A stretch of DNA of 64,000 bases from Nitrosopumilaceae archaeon (GTDB taxonomy: Archaea; Thermoproteota; Nitrososphaeria; Nitrososphaerales; Nitrosopumilaceae). The notes below the pieces were generated by a model. It made no database searches and was not told where the DNA came from. It saw only the letters and a list, made by a program, of their open reading frames with translations. The stretch lies in contig OZ242376.1 of assembly GCA_965209085.1 (NCBI GenBank), positions 832,001 to 896,000 on the forward strand, in the 5' to 3' direction. Positions 11,707-21,969 of the stretch are shown here, in pieces. Each line of letters starts with the position of its first letter. Within the stretch, counting starts at the first letter, position 1. The position numbers were made by a program, and so were the translations under genes.

Positions 11707-13437
11707 ATGATAAACCCTTTGAGGGGTATACTCGGAATATTATTATTACTTTTTGCAATTCTGTTAATACCGCCATTACCAACAAGTTATTCTGATACAA
11801 ATACTGCTCCGGCAAACAATACTGCTCCGGCAAACAATACTGCTCCGGCAAACAATACTGCTCCGGCAAACAATACTGCTCCGGCAAACAATACTGCTCC
11901 GGCAAACAATACTGCTCCGGCAAACAATACTGCTCCGGCAAACAATACTGCTCCGGCAAACAATACTGCTCCGGCAAACAATACTGCTCCGGCAAACAAT
12001 ACTGCTCCGGCAAACAATACTGCTCCGGCAAACAATACTGCTCCGGCAAACAATACTGCTCCGGCAAACAATACTGCTCCGGCAAACAATACTGCTCCGG
12101 CAAACAATACTGCTCCGGCAAACAATACTGCTCAACAACAATTCTCAAATGATACTTCAGATATTCCTGAATCCCAAGACCGTTATCCTGGATGGGATAG
12201 ATCTCCTCCCAGAATATCTGTTCCAGATGATATTGTACAGGCCACATCAAGCTCGTACACAAGAGTAACTTATTCTGCTAGCGCATATGATACTAGAGAT
12301 GGCGCAGTTAGTGTAGCTTGTAGTCCTAGCAGTGGTTCGTACTTTAGACTAGGTACTACAACCGTTACTTGCACTGTAAGTGATTCTAGAGGAAACAGTG
12401 CTACTGAAAGATTTACAATAACCTTATCAAGACCTGACACAACTCCTCCCACAGTAAACGTACCTGATGATATTACAACCACCACGTCTAGCAATAGAAA
12501 ATACGTCTCTTATTCTGTCAGCGCAACTGACAACATTGACGGCAGTCTAAGTGTTACATGCGATCCCAGCAGCAAATATTTCGACCAGGGTACCACTACG
12601 GTCACATGCTCTGCAACTGATTCTGCTGGAAATGTCGGCTCTGATAGCTTTACAGTGACAATATTATTTCCAACTATTTCATATGCGGAAAATTTGAATG
12701 TTTTATTAGATGATAACACTAAACAACAAGAATACATCGGCGCCATATTTGTGGATAAGAACATAAGTATAACAGACATTACGTTTTCAACAACATTGAT
12801 ACACGAATACCCTGCCGATCTTCGTGGTCAGCTAATTTCCCCAGATGGTGATATTGTTTTTGTATTATTCAATCCTGCAAATATACCTGTAAATACTATG
12901 CATACTTTTACAGCTTCACCATCTACTGTGAATACAATGAATAATTTCATAGGTGATAACGCTCATGGAGTTTGGAGATTTACAATGGGAGATCATGCAT
13001 CAACAAATACAGGAACAGTAGAATCATGGAATATTTTAATAAATGGAAATCTTGTCGCCAACCCTACAACTATCACAAACAGAGTAATTGGATATTGGGC
13101 AAATCCGAATCAAATGTATTACTGTGATGATAGTTTAGCATATCTTAACGTCACAAGTAACGTTGATCCATGCAACGATTTTGCCGAGAGTGCAAATCGT
13201 TGGAATGCAATATCGGATTCGGAATTCACATTAACTAGAAGTTTGACAGATAATAATAATAACATTAATGTTGAAATGTCTTCAATGTTAAATGATACTA
13301 CCTTGGCACGGGTTACATCTTCTGTTAATACTGTACAGCGGCAGTTTACAGTTGGCGGAACGTATATGGAAATAAACAATATGTTTGTTTTTGGGGATGT
13401 GAGTAGAGGTAATTTGAATGTATACCCCAGATCATAA
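11707..13437 (+). pseudogene. Secreted repeat/HYR/P-domain surface protein, C-terminally truncated by IS630
   Basis: Hydrophobic signal peptide, (TAPANN)18, two HYR-like domains (DxxPPxxxVPDDI...GTTTVTC), P-domain-like HEYPADL...GVWRF...GTVESW. The ORF runs into the IS630 end at 13421. Confidence 0.75.
11803..12126 (+). repeat. Perfect 18-bp coding tandem repeat, 18 copies (ACTGCTCCGGCAAACAAT)
   Basis: Directly visible; 324 bp, no spacers. Confidence 0.97.
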
Positions 13438-14536
13438 ATTCGTTTAAAAATTCACCAACTCTGGTTTAAAATAATCCATGACATTACCCGGCAGTTTTCT
13501 CGTACGCAGATATTCCATAAACCTAACCCTCTTCTCTTCAAGTTGGGGATAATATTCTGAATGATCCATATCCTGCTTGGCGACAAGCCAGATCGTCTCC
13601 ATGATGTTGTGTTGTGGTGATGCTCTTGGGAGGTATTCTATCCGAATCTTATCCTTGTTCTCTTTGATGTATTCTTCAAGCTTTATCGTTTTATGCTGCC
13701 GGACTCTGTCTACGATTACCAGTATTCTGCCGTATTTTGCTGCTGCATCTTTTATGTATCTTAAAAACGTCAGACCATCAAACTTGTCGTATGATCTAAA
13801 AAATTTATCCCCTGAAACTGAAATCATTCCGTATGTTATGAATTTTCTGCGATCCCCCCCTTCCATGTATAGGTGGGGCGTTCATTCTCATTGCACCAGT
13901 ATTTTTTAGTCAGTTTACCATCACTGCTCACTATGGTCTCATCCTGGACAAAGATCTTTGTCCCTCTTGCCATTTCGTGGGCAATAATGCACATTATGCG
14001 CCTATACCATGCATAACACTCATCGTATGATGCAGGCATTAGCGTGTATTTTTTGCGGTACCTTTGATTTTAGTTTCCATTCCCGCATCAGTCTGCATAT
14101 GTGCGTAATATGATATGTTATTCCTGTCATATTTTTAATGTAATCGCGGACCTGCTTTGGAAGCGTAATGGTTCCGATTTTTGTAAACTTTTTTTCTATC
14201 TGCATCATGATATTTGGTGAAATCTTTGGCGGTCGTCCGCATCGGGACCCTTCCTCCAGGCCTATGAATCCGTATTTTTCGTATCGATCGTGCCATTTGT
14301 GTACAAACTGGTACGTTCGGAACAGAATATCTGCAGTTTCTGCCATGGAGCGACCCTGTACTTGCATCATGCATATTGCATGCAGTCTTTCTTTTACACG
14401 CATATCTTTGTGATTTTTGTAGGCCTGAAGGAGGTCTTCATTGCTTACGTGCATGAATTGCTGTAATAACGGTGATCAAAAAACGTTGCTATTGCGCAAG
14501 GGTGTATTTTTAAACGAATTTATGCTTACGGGTATA
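13421..14536 (-). mobile_element. IS630-family element, copy 1 (transposase split by two frameshifts)
   Basis: Ends TATACCCCAGATCATAAATTCGTTTAAAA and TTTTAAACGAATTTATGCTTACGGGTATA; HTH ORF plus QDE/D/E catalytic fragments; TA flanks. Confidence 0.92.
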
Positions 14537-14547
14537 CTAAGATAAGT

Positions 14548-16047
14548 GTAACTGTCTAGAGTTTTGAAGCGATTTGATCATATGATCGAGTATTTTCCAC
14601 CGTGATCTTTATGGATCGGGCACAAACATAACGAATTGTTGTCAGAACGTGACCAAAATGACCACAACCAAAGGTCACATTATGTATCGCAAGAAATTGC
14701 GCAGTTACAACGTATCAATAAACGACAGAAAAGCGAGATTACAGATCTGAAAAGCAAATATTCTGCATCTGAGGAAAAATGTTCCATGCTTGAAAAAAAA
14801 TCTGCAGATCAACAAAAAGAAATAGATGATCTAAAATTTGCAGTAAAAGAACTTGTCGCAAAGAATATCCATGCAAAACCCAACATTTCCAAAACTCTTA
14901 CAGAAAGAAAATACTCTGATCATACAAGAACCAGCAGAAAAAAACCCATCAGAATCGACAATAAAACAAATGTGGATCAAAAGATGTGCAGTGGATGTGG
15001 AAACAAGCTCTCAAAAATCATCGACAAATACACCCGTACGGTGGAGGATATTATTCCAGCAAAGACGTACAATACAGAATATACGATATATCGAAGATAT
15101 TGCAAACACTGTAAAAAGACAATCACACCAAAAATATACACCGCACTTCCAAACAGTAGGTTTGGGATCAGATTGGGAGTGTTTATCGTCTCACTCAAAT
15201 TATTGGGAATTTCATATGTAAAAATATCACGACTGGTAAATACAATGTATTCGATACACGTGACACCTTCCACCATAAATCATGCGATAACAAAAATGGC
15301 GACAGCGTTTGGTTCGCTGTACGAGCAGATGATAAATGAATTAAAACAAGAATTAAACATACACGGAGATGAGACCAGCTGGCGGATTGATGGCATCAAC
15401 CACTGGTTGTGGGTGTTTGTTGGAAAATGGACCATCATATATGAAATTGACAAATCACGTGGACGCGAGGTACCAAAAAAAATATTAAAAGAATACAAGG
15501 GAAACGTTACAAGCGATTCCGGGCCGGCATGGAATTATGCTGGTAAAACACATCAGCGTTGCCATGTTCACTATAAAAGAGAGATCCTGGGTACAATAGA
15601 TCATAAAAACCCCGGCAAAGAGTTTGAACCATTTGCAAAACGTCTGCAAAAAATACTCTACGACTCACAGGATGCTGCAAAGATACAAAGCAAGATCAAG
15701 AGGCTTAAAATCAAGAAAAATCTAGAGGTAAGAATTGACAGACTGATCTCAAAGCCGTACAAGGAGAAAAACTGTATCAGATTTGTAAAAAGAATCAGGC
15801 GAGAAAAAGATATGCTCTTTACGTTTCTAAAAACGGGTACTGACTGGCACAACAATACCGCCGAGAGGGGGATTCGACCAAATGTCGTAATACGTAAAAT
15901 TACAAATGGTCATCGCTCAGAGGATGGTGCCAAAGCTCACAAGATATTGATGAGCATAAAGGAGACGTGCAGGTTGAGGAATCTGAACTTTCATGATTAT
16001 TTGGAAGAATATCTATCCAATTTAACTTCAAAACTCTAGACAGTTAC
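14548..16047 (+). mobile_element. Intact single-ORF IS66-family (ISBst12-like) element
   Basis: Perfect 22-bp terminal IR GTAACTGTCTAGAGTTTTGAAG; 8-bp target duplication AGATAAGT (14540-47 and 16048-55). Confidence 0.95.
14636..16039 (+). CDS. IS66 transposase
   Basis: Coiled coil, CxxC...CxxC zinc finger, HGDET, VTSD, HQRC, NNTAERGIR. Confidence 0.93.
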   Translation: MLSERDQNDHNQRSHYVSQEIAQLQRINKRQKSEITDLKSKYSASEEKCSMLEKKSADQQKEIDDLKFAVKELVAKNIHAKPNISKTLTERKYSDHTRTSRKKPIRIDNKTNVDQKMCSGCGNKLSKIIDKYTRTVEDIIPAKTYNTEYTIYRRYCKHCKKTITPKIYTALPNSRFGIRLGVFIVSLKLLGISYVKISRLVNTMYSIHVTPSTINHAITKMATAFGSLYEQMINELKQELNIHGDETSWRIDGINHWLWVFVGKWTIIYEIDKSRGREVPKKILKEYKGNVTSDSGPAWNYAGKTHQRCHVHYKREILGTIDHKNPGKEFEPFAKRLQKILYDSQDAAKIQSKIKRLKIKKNLEVRIDRLISKPYKEKNCIRFVKRIRREKDMLFTFLKTGTDWHNNTAERGIRPNVVIRKITNGHRSEDGAKAHKILMSIKETCRLRNLNFHDYLEEYLSNLTSKL

Positions 16048-16083
16048 AGATAAGTTTTAATATATAAACATCATTTTATATTC

Positions 16084-17205
16084 ATGCATAATTATACAAT
16101 TTTATCAATTCTTATTTTATCCATAATGTCATTAACAATAATGACTGGCATCGCATATGCCCATTATGCCGAATACATACAAAGTCCAAAAAAACAGATA
16201 GACAGTGGCATAAACCCGTACGATGTCATATGCAGAAACGGATTGTTACTAGCTGAAAGATCTTCAAACATGATAGCATGTGTTAACCAAATTGCCGCCG
16301 ATAAACTAGGATGGAAGATAATAAAAATAGATTTTTCAGCCAATGATGCAAATACAACCAATACCAGTGAAAATACAACCAATACCAGTGAAAATACAAC
16401 CAATACCAGTGAAAATACAACCAATACCAGTGAAAATACAACCAATACCAGTGAAAATACAACCAATTCCAAGACAACAACACCTGCTGAAAATAACACA
16501 GTCTCAAAACAAAATTATGGCAAATTAGATTTTGCCTTGGCATCAAATGTTACATATTCTGGAAAAGAATACGGATATTATGAACCAAATGCACTACGTA
16601 GACCTCCACCATACCCGATGTCAGATGTGTTTGGATTGGAACATTATGATATGAGACAGGCAACACAAAATTCACCTCAATTCAATTCTGGACAAATTAA
16701 CACAAGCTCTTTGACAGAAAAATTGATTCAATCCAACTTGACTCATAAAAATTCTATAGATTACACTAGGTGGATCCCAACCATTATCCCCGATGGATAT
16801 GATCTACTTTGGGTGGACATAAGACAACCTGAAGTATATAATAATGATGTGGGTCAACTCGATCTGCATTATATTATAAACACAGTTGAAGTATCCAATG
16901 ATATCCTTACCCGGGATTTTTATGATATTGCCATGTTTCAAATAACCGTGGTTTTATATCCTTACAGAGATGAGCCAGCTTCACAAGAACGAATTGATTG
17001 GATAACTCGTAATGGAACCGCCACACATGTATTTTATGAAGAAAAATATGGTGGAATATTTGAAACATTATTGGAATCTCCGGCAGATTCAAACGTACGT
17101 GGTGTCGAATGGTCTGGACACGAATATCAAATTAGCATCGGTGGCAGGGGTTTGTCAGTAGCAGAATATGAAAAGATATTGGTAAACATCTTAGAGAGGC
17201 AATGA
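16084..17205 (+). CDS. Secreted protein with thaumarchaeal SPKKQ...C...ACV domain and NTTNTSE repeats (gene B)
   Basis: Signal peptide ending AYA; SPKKQIDSGINPYDVICRNGLLL...ACV...KLGW. Confidence 0.8.
   Translation: MHNYTILSILILSIMSLTIMTGIAYAHYAEYIQSPKKQIDSGINPYDVICRNGLLLAERSSNMIACVNQIAADKLGWKIIKIDFSANDANTTNTSENTTNTSENTTNTSENTTNTSENTTNTSENTTNSKTTTPAENNTVSKQNYGKLDFALASNVTYSGKEYGYYEPNALRRPPPYPMSDVFGLEHYDMRQATQNSPQFNSGQINTSSLTEKLIQSNLTHKNSIDYTRWIPTIIPDGYDLLWVDIRQPEVYNNDVGQLDLHYIINTVEVSNDILTRDFYDIAMFQITVVLYPYRDEPASQERIDWITRNGTATHVFYEEKYGGIFETLLESPADSNVRGVEWSGHEYQISIGGRGLSVAEYEKILVNILERQ
16351..16467 (+). repeat. 21-bp coding tandem repeat, about 5.5 copies (AATACAACCAATACCAGTGAA)
   Basis: Directly visible; encodes NTTNTSE. 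Confidence 0.95.
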
Positions 17206-17302
17206 CTAGTATATTCTGGATTTTATTAATTATTGCAACTAGTGCTATTACATTTTATGAAGCAGATGCATTATGCTATGACTCTCACTGTTATTCTATA
17301 AT
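17202..17302 (+). pseudogene. 5' stub of a secreted protein truncated at an IS5-type end (gene C)
   Basis: ATGA overlap with gene B; MTSIFWILLIIATSAITFYEADA-LCYDSHCYSI looks like a signal peptide plus mature start. Confidence 0.6.
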
Positions 17303-17318
17303 AGACCTCATGCATAAT

Positions 17319-18715
17319 AGAGTTCATGCATAATCAACTGCAAAGACATACGGTTCCTACTATGACACTGTCATGATCAAAGTACACATGGCCTAAAACC
17401 TTCAAGCAGACAACAAAATAAATCAAAATATCATATGCATGACAAAAAGCAGAATATTATGCGTAACCGTGTGCACAAAGATGTGCTACTTGATTTGAGG
17501 GCAAATTTTTTCCAACGGTTCGATATACTTGCGATCCTTTAACATGATGTGCAGATTGGTCAGTCCTGTAACCACTTGGATTTCTGTATAAAACGCATCC
17601 ATTGTGTCATCATATACGGCACTCATTCTGCGAAACCATTTGAGCCGGTTTATGGCATGCTCTACTTTTATGCGCTTACGACTGATCCTCTTGCTATATT
17701 CGCGTTCTGTCTCTGTCAATCCCCTACCCTTTGGTTTTTTGTACGGCTGCTTTGAGATAATTCCAGGATAGTCTTTTTCCACGGACAGATATCCCTTGTC
17801 GGTGTAGAGTGTAATTTGGCGCTCTTTTTTTGTATCAGAGTTTTTCATGCCATCGGTCCATTTGCCAAAATTTGGCGGATTACGCCGCAGTACCTCCATG
17901 TCATGTACTGAGCCCTCTTCTGGACCGCCAATGTCATTTACCACTCCATCTTTGTTGGAGGTTATCTGTATGCTGTAGACGTGCCTTTTGCGCTTTCCAG
18001 AATATACTGCCTCTTGATTCTCCTGCGGTCTTTGAACCTGTACAAACGTGGCATCAAGATATAGCTCGCCGCCGCCTCTGCCGGGTACGAATTTTTTAAA
18101 CAACTCGCTTGTACGTATTGTCCGTATTGCAGCACCAATATTCTTAGCCGTTGGAAGAATATCCATCAATAGTTCATCAGAAAATGTCAGATATCTGCTA
18201 ATGGTGCTCTGATCAACGTCTGCAATGAACGCAAGTGCTCCCTGTTTGAGATTATTGCGTTTGCGGCACAATACGATAAACAAAACTTGCTTTACGGTAA
18301 GGATACAGGTGTTTCCAGGATCGTCCACATATTCTGAAAAGCGGGGAATCTCTGATGAATTTTCTACGGTTTTTTTGAACCGTTCTAGAATCCATTCAAA
18401 TTCTTCACGGTTCATTCCTGTCATTTCATATAGATGAACATCATTCCCAATTCCCTTGTTCAAATATTTATCGACATGTTGTCTTTTGTCATCATTGCTA
18501 CTCTGTGCCATCTTTTTGTAGTGTTGAATTTCTGATTCCTGCCTGGAGCTATTCTTTTCCATCTTTAGGATCGTCTTTTCCATCTTTAAGATCGTCTTTT
18601 CCAGTTTAGAGATCATGCGTTTGTCTGATTTGCACATGCTATGCTCACATGATACTAGATCATAGATCTTTCGATTTGCCAAAATTGATTTTTTAGTTAA
18701 TTATGCATGAGGTCT
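17319..18715 (-). mobile_element. IS5-family (ISL2-like, DDE_Tnp_4) element, copy 1, intact transposase 17486-18682
   Basis: Terminal IRs AGAGTTCATGCATAAT and AGACCTCATGCATAAT; LDAT, YSGKRKRH, GSVHD, DKGY, RIKVEHAI. Confidence 0.9.
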
Positions 18716-19387
18716 ATTATATACTTCAGGTTGTATTATGTCCACCCAAAGTAGATCATATCCATCGGGAATAATGGTTGGGATCCACCTAGTGTAATCT
18801 ATAGAATTTTTATGAGTCAAGTTGGATTGAATCAATTTTTCTGTCAAAGAGCTTGTGTTAATTTGTCCAGAATTGAATTGAGATGAATTTTGTATTGCCT
18901 GTCTCATATCATAATGTTCCAATCCAAACGCTTTTGACATCGGGTATGGTGCAGGTCTACGTACTGCATTTGGTTCATAATATCCGTATTCTTTTCCAGA
19001 ATATGTAACGTTTGATGCCAAGGCAAAATCTAATTTGCCATAATTTTGTTTTGAGACTGTGTTATTTTCAGCAGGTATTGTCTTGGAATTGGTTGTATTT
19101 TCACTGGTATTGGTTGTATTTGCATCATTGGCTGAAAAATCTATTTTTATTATCTTCCATCCTAGTTTATCGGCGGTAATTTGGTTGACACATGCTATTA
19201 TGTTTGAAGATCTTTCAGCTAGTAACAATCCGTTTCTGCATATGACATCGTACGGGTTTATGCCGCTATCTATCTGTTTTTTTGGACTTTGTATGTGTTC
19301 GGTATATTGAGCATATGTGATGCCAGTCATTATTGTTAATGATATTATTGATAAAATAAGAATTGATAAAATTGTATATTTATGCAT
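18716..19387 (-). pseudogene. Inverted paralog of gene B (B'), truncated by the IS5 element
   Basis: Near-identical to the N-terminal part of 16084-17205, with a single NTTNTSE unit; ends at the IS IR. Confidence 0.88.
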
Positions 19388-19426
19388 GAATATAAAATGA
19401 TGTTTATATATTAAAACTTATCTTAG

Positions 19427-20540
19427 TATACCCGCAAGCATAAATTCGTTTAAAAATACACCCTTGCACAATAGCAACGTTTTTTGATCACCGTTATTAC
19501 AGCAATTCATGCACGTAAGCAATGAAGACCTCCTTCAGGCCTACAAAAATCACAAAGATATGCGTGTAAAAGAAAGACTGCATGCAATATGCATGATGCA
19601 AGTACAGGGTCGCTCCATGGCAGAAACTGCAGATATTCTGTTCCGAACGTACCAGTTTGTACACAAATGGCACGATCGATACGAAAAATACGGACTCATA
19701 GGCCTGGAGGAAGGGTCCCGATGCGGACGACCGCCAAAGATTTCACCAAATATCATGATGCAGATAGAAAAAAAGTTTACAAAAATCGGAACCATTACGC
19801 TTCCAAAGCAGATCCGTGATTACATTAAAAATATGACAGGAATAACATATCATATTACGCACATATGCAGACTAATGCGGGAATGGAAACTAAAATCAAA
19901 GGTACCGCAAAAAATACACGCTAATGCCTGCATCATACGATGAGTGTTATGCATGGTATAGGCGCATAATGTGCATTATTGCCCACGAAATGGCAAGAGG
20001 GACAAAGATCTTTGTCCAGGATGAGACCATAGTGAGCAGTGATGGTAAACTGACTAAAAAATACTGGTGCAATGAGAATGAACGCCCCATCTATACATGG
20101 AAGGGGGATCGCAGAAAATTCATAACATACGGAATGATTTCAGTTTCAAGGGAGAAATTTTTTAGATCATACGACAAGTTTGATGGTCTGACGTTTTTAA
20201 GATACATAAAAGATGCAGCAGCAAAATACGGCAGAATACTGGTAATCGTAGACAGAGCCCGGCAGCATAAAACGATAAAGCTTGAAGAATACATCAAAGA
20301 GAACAAGGATAAGATTCGGATAGAATACCTCCCAAGAGCATCACCGCAACACAACATCATGGAGACGATCTGGCTTGTCGCCAAGCAGGATATGGATCAT
20401 TCAGAATATTATCCCCAACTTGAAGAGAAGAGGGTTAGGTTTATGGAATATCTGCGTACGAGAAAACTGCCGGGTAATGTCATGGATTATTTTAAACCAG
20501 AGTTGGTGAATTTTTAAACGAATTTATGATCTGGGGTATA
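19427..20540 (+). mobile_element. IS630-family element, copy 2 (ORFs 19509-19943 and 19924-20517)
   Basis: Same IRs as copy 1 in opposite orientation; near-identical sequence. Confidence 0.92.
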
Positions 20541-20635
20541 GATGAGATTATTGTTAGATGTGTAGTTTAGGCAAGTTGTGTAACTACCCATGTTCCACAA
20601 ATATGTTTTAATAATGATCTGATATAAACTGGCAT

Positions 20636-21529
20636 ATGGACATATTTGTCAATAACAATAATAAATTCACTAAATGTAAACATTTCACTTCTAAATCTGA
20701 AGACCAAATAGAAACTTTCTTGGAAAAAAACCCACATATCTTAGAAAATGAACTTGAAATAATTGGTAGGCAAGTAAATATTAAACCTCATGGAAAAATC
20801 GATTTACTTGGATTAGACTCAAAAAATAACCTAGTAATAATAGAAGTGAAAAAATATATGCCAACACATAATGTGATAGGACAAATAATTGATTATTATA
20901 CATGGGCATGTCGGTGCGATATTGCAAATTTTATTAAAATAAGGAAGAAATCCAAATTAAAAACTCCAAAATTAACTAAAATGATTAAAATGATGACCCA
21001 TAGTAACATTGTAAATCTTAATGAACATCCGCGCTTATATGTAATTGCGGAACATATTCCAAAAAACGTGGTGGCATCTGTTGAAAAATTACGTGAGAAA
21101 AATTTTGATGCTGAATGTGTTGAAATACAATTTTATGATAATAAAAGAAAAATCATAGTTAATAAAATATTTGATTCAATAATATCTTCTGATGGTGCAT
21201 CAAAATACCATAATGCCGATAAATCCGTATTAGATTTAATTGATAAAATAAAAAAAATGTTTAAGACTTGGAAAAATGTAGAGATCATCGATCAAAGAAG
21301 TTATATTGCTTTTCAATGTCAGAGACATAACTTTTTTACATTACATCCAAGTAAACGCCATCTTAAAGCTCATATACTTATGAGAAATCTTAATGACCCA
21401 AAAAAACTTACAAAACCATATAATATCAAAAAATTTAATGGTAGAGTGTGGGTATTAATAGTGAATAAATCAAATTTGGAATATTTTGGATATCTTGTAA
21501 AACAAGCATACGATGTTAACTGTAAGTAA
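20636..21529 (+). CDS. NucS/DUF91-like PD-(D/E)xK endonuclease with DUF5655-like C-terminal domain
   Basis: EDQIE..L..NP...IGRQ...GKIDLLGLD...LVIIEVK; C-terminal YIAF...DPK...LVKQAY. Confidence 0.75.
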   Translation: MDIFVNNNNKFTKCKHFTSKSEDQIETFLEKNPHILENELEIIGRQVNIKPHGKIDLLGLDSKNNLVIIEVKKYMPTHNVIGQIIDYYTWACRCDIANFIKIRKKSKLKTPKLTKMIKMMTHSNIVNLNEHPRLYVIAEHIPKNVVASVEKLREKNFDAECVEIQFYDNKRKIIVNKIFDSIISSDGASKYHNADKSVLDLIDKIKKMFKTWKNVEIIDQRSYIAFQCQRHNFFTLHPSKRHLKAHILMRNLNDPKKLTKPYNIKKFNGRVWVLIVNKSNLEYFGYLVKQAYDVNCK

Positions 21530-21969
21530 TTAAAACCAAATAGATAAAAAACGATATGAGAAAAATGTGAATATTTGTCAACAATCAAATAAATACTGGT
21601 CCATAAAAATGAATTAATAATTCAGATCATTTATCCACATGAACCCAAAATGGCAGAAATCTAAGGAAATTTTATTAGATCATATCAAATGTTAACCAAG
21701 ATTATGAGAACATGGAAAAATTAAATGGTAAAAACATTGGATCAAATCCATTAGAGCAAATCAATTTTGACTTCGTGACGGAATCTGCCACAAGAGTCTC
21801 AAACAAGAAATATCTTTGATTGTTATTGATTTAGCACAGTATTATCATCATTGGTGTATGGCATGTTAGCAAAACACGTGCTAGAATCACCATTATTAGT
21901 TTTAAACTCAAAAATAATCGTTATGGCATTTACTTCACTTGATAGATGTTCTGGAAATATAGTTGACTC

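Noticed and set aside
11803-12126. Possible CRISPR array
   Set aside because: Head-to-tail identical 18-mers with no spacers, in frame within a CDS; no cas genes in the window.
11702-12262. Antisense ORFs (EQYCLP)n, (CRSSIV)n and (AGAVLF)n
   Set aside because: Shadow frames of a stop-free repeat.
13421-20540. Composite transposon that moved as a unit, or a diversity-generating retroelement
   Set aside because: The duplication extends inward beyond the IS630 copies into gene B, TA flanks are uninformative, there is no reverse transcriptase, and the differences are not adenine-specific.
21540-21969. Possible gene remnants left of the second IS630 type
   Set aside because: Rejoining the flanks across the IS gave no convincing continuous frame.
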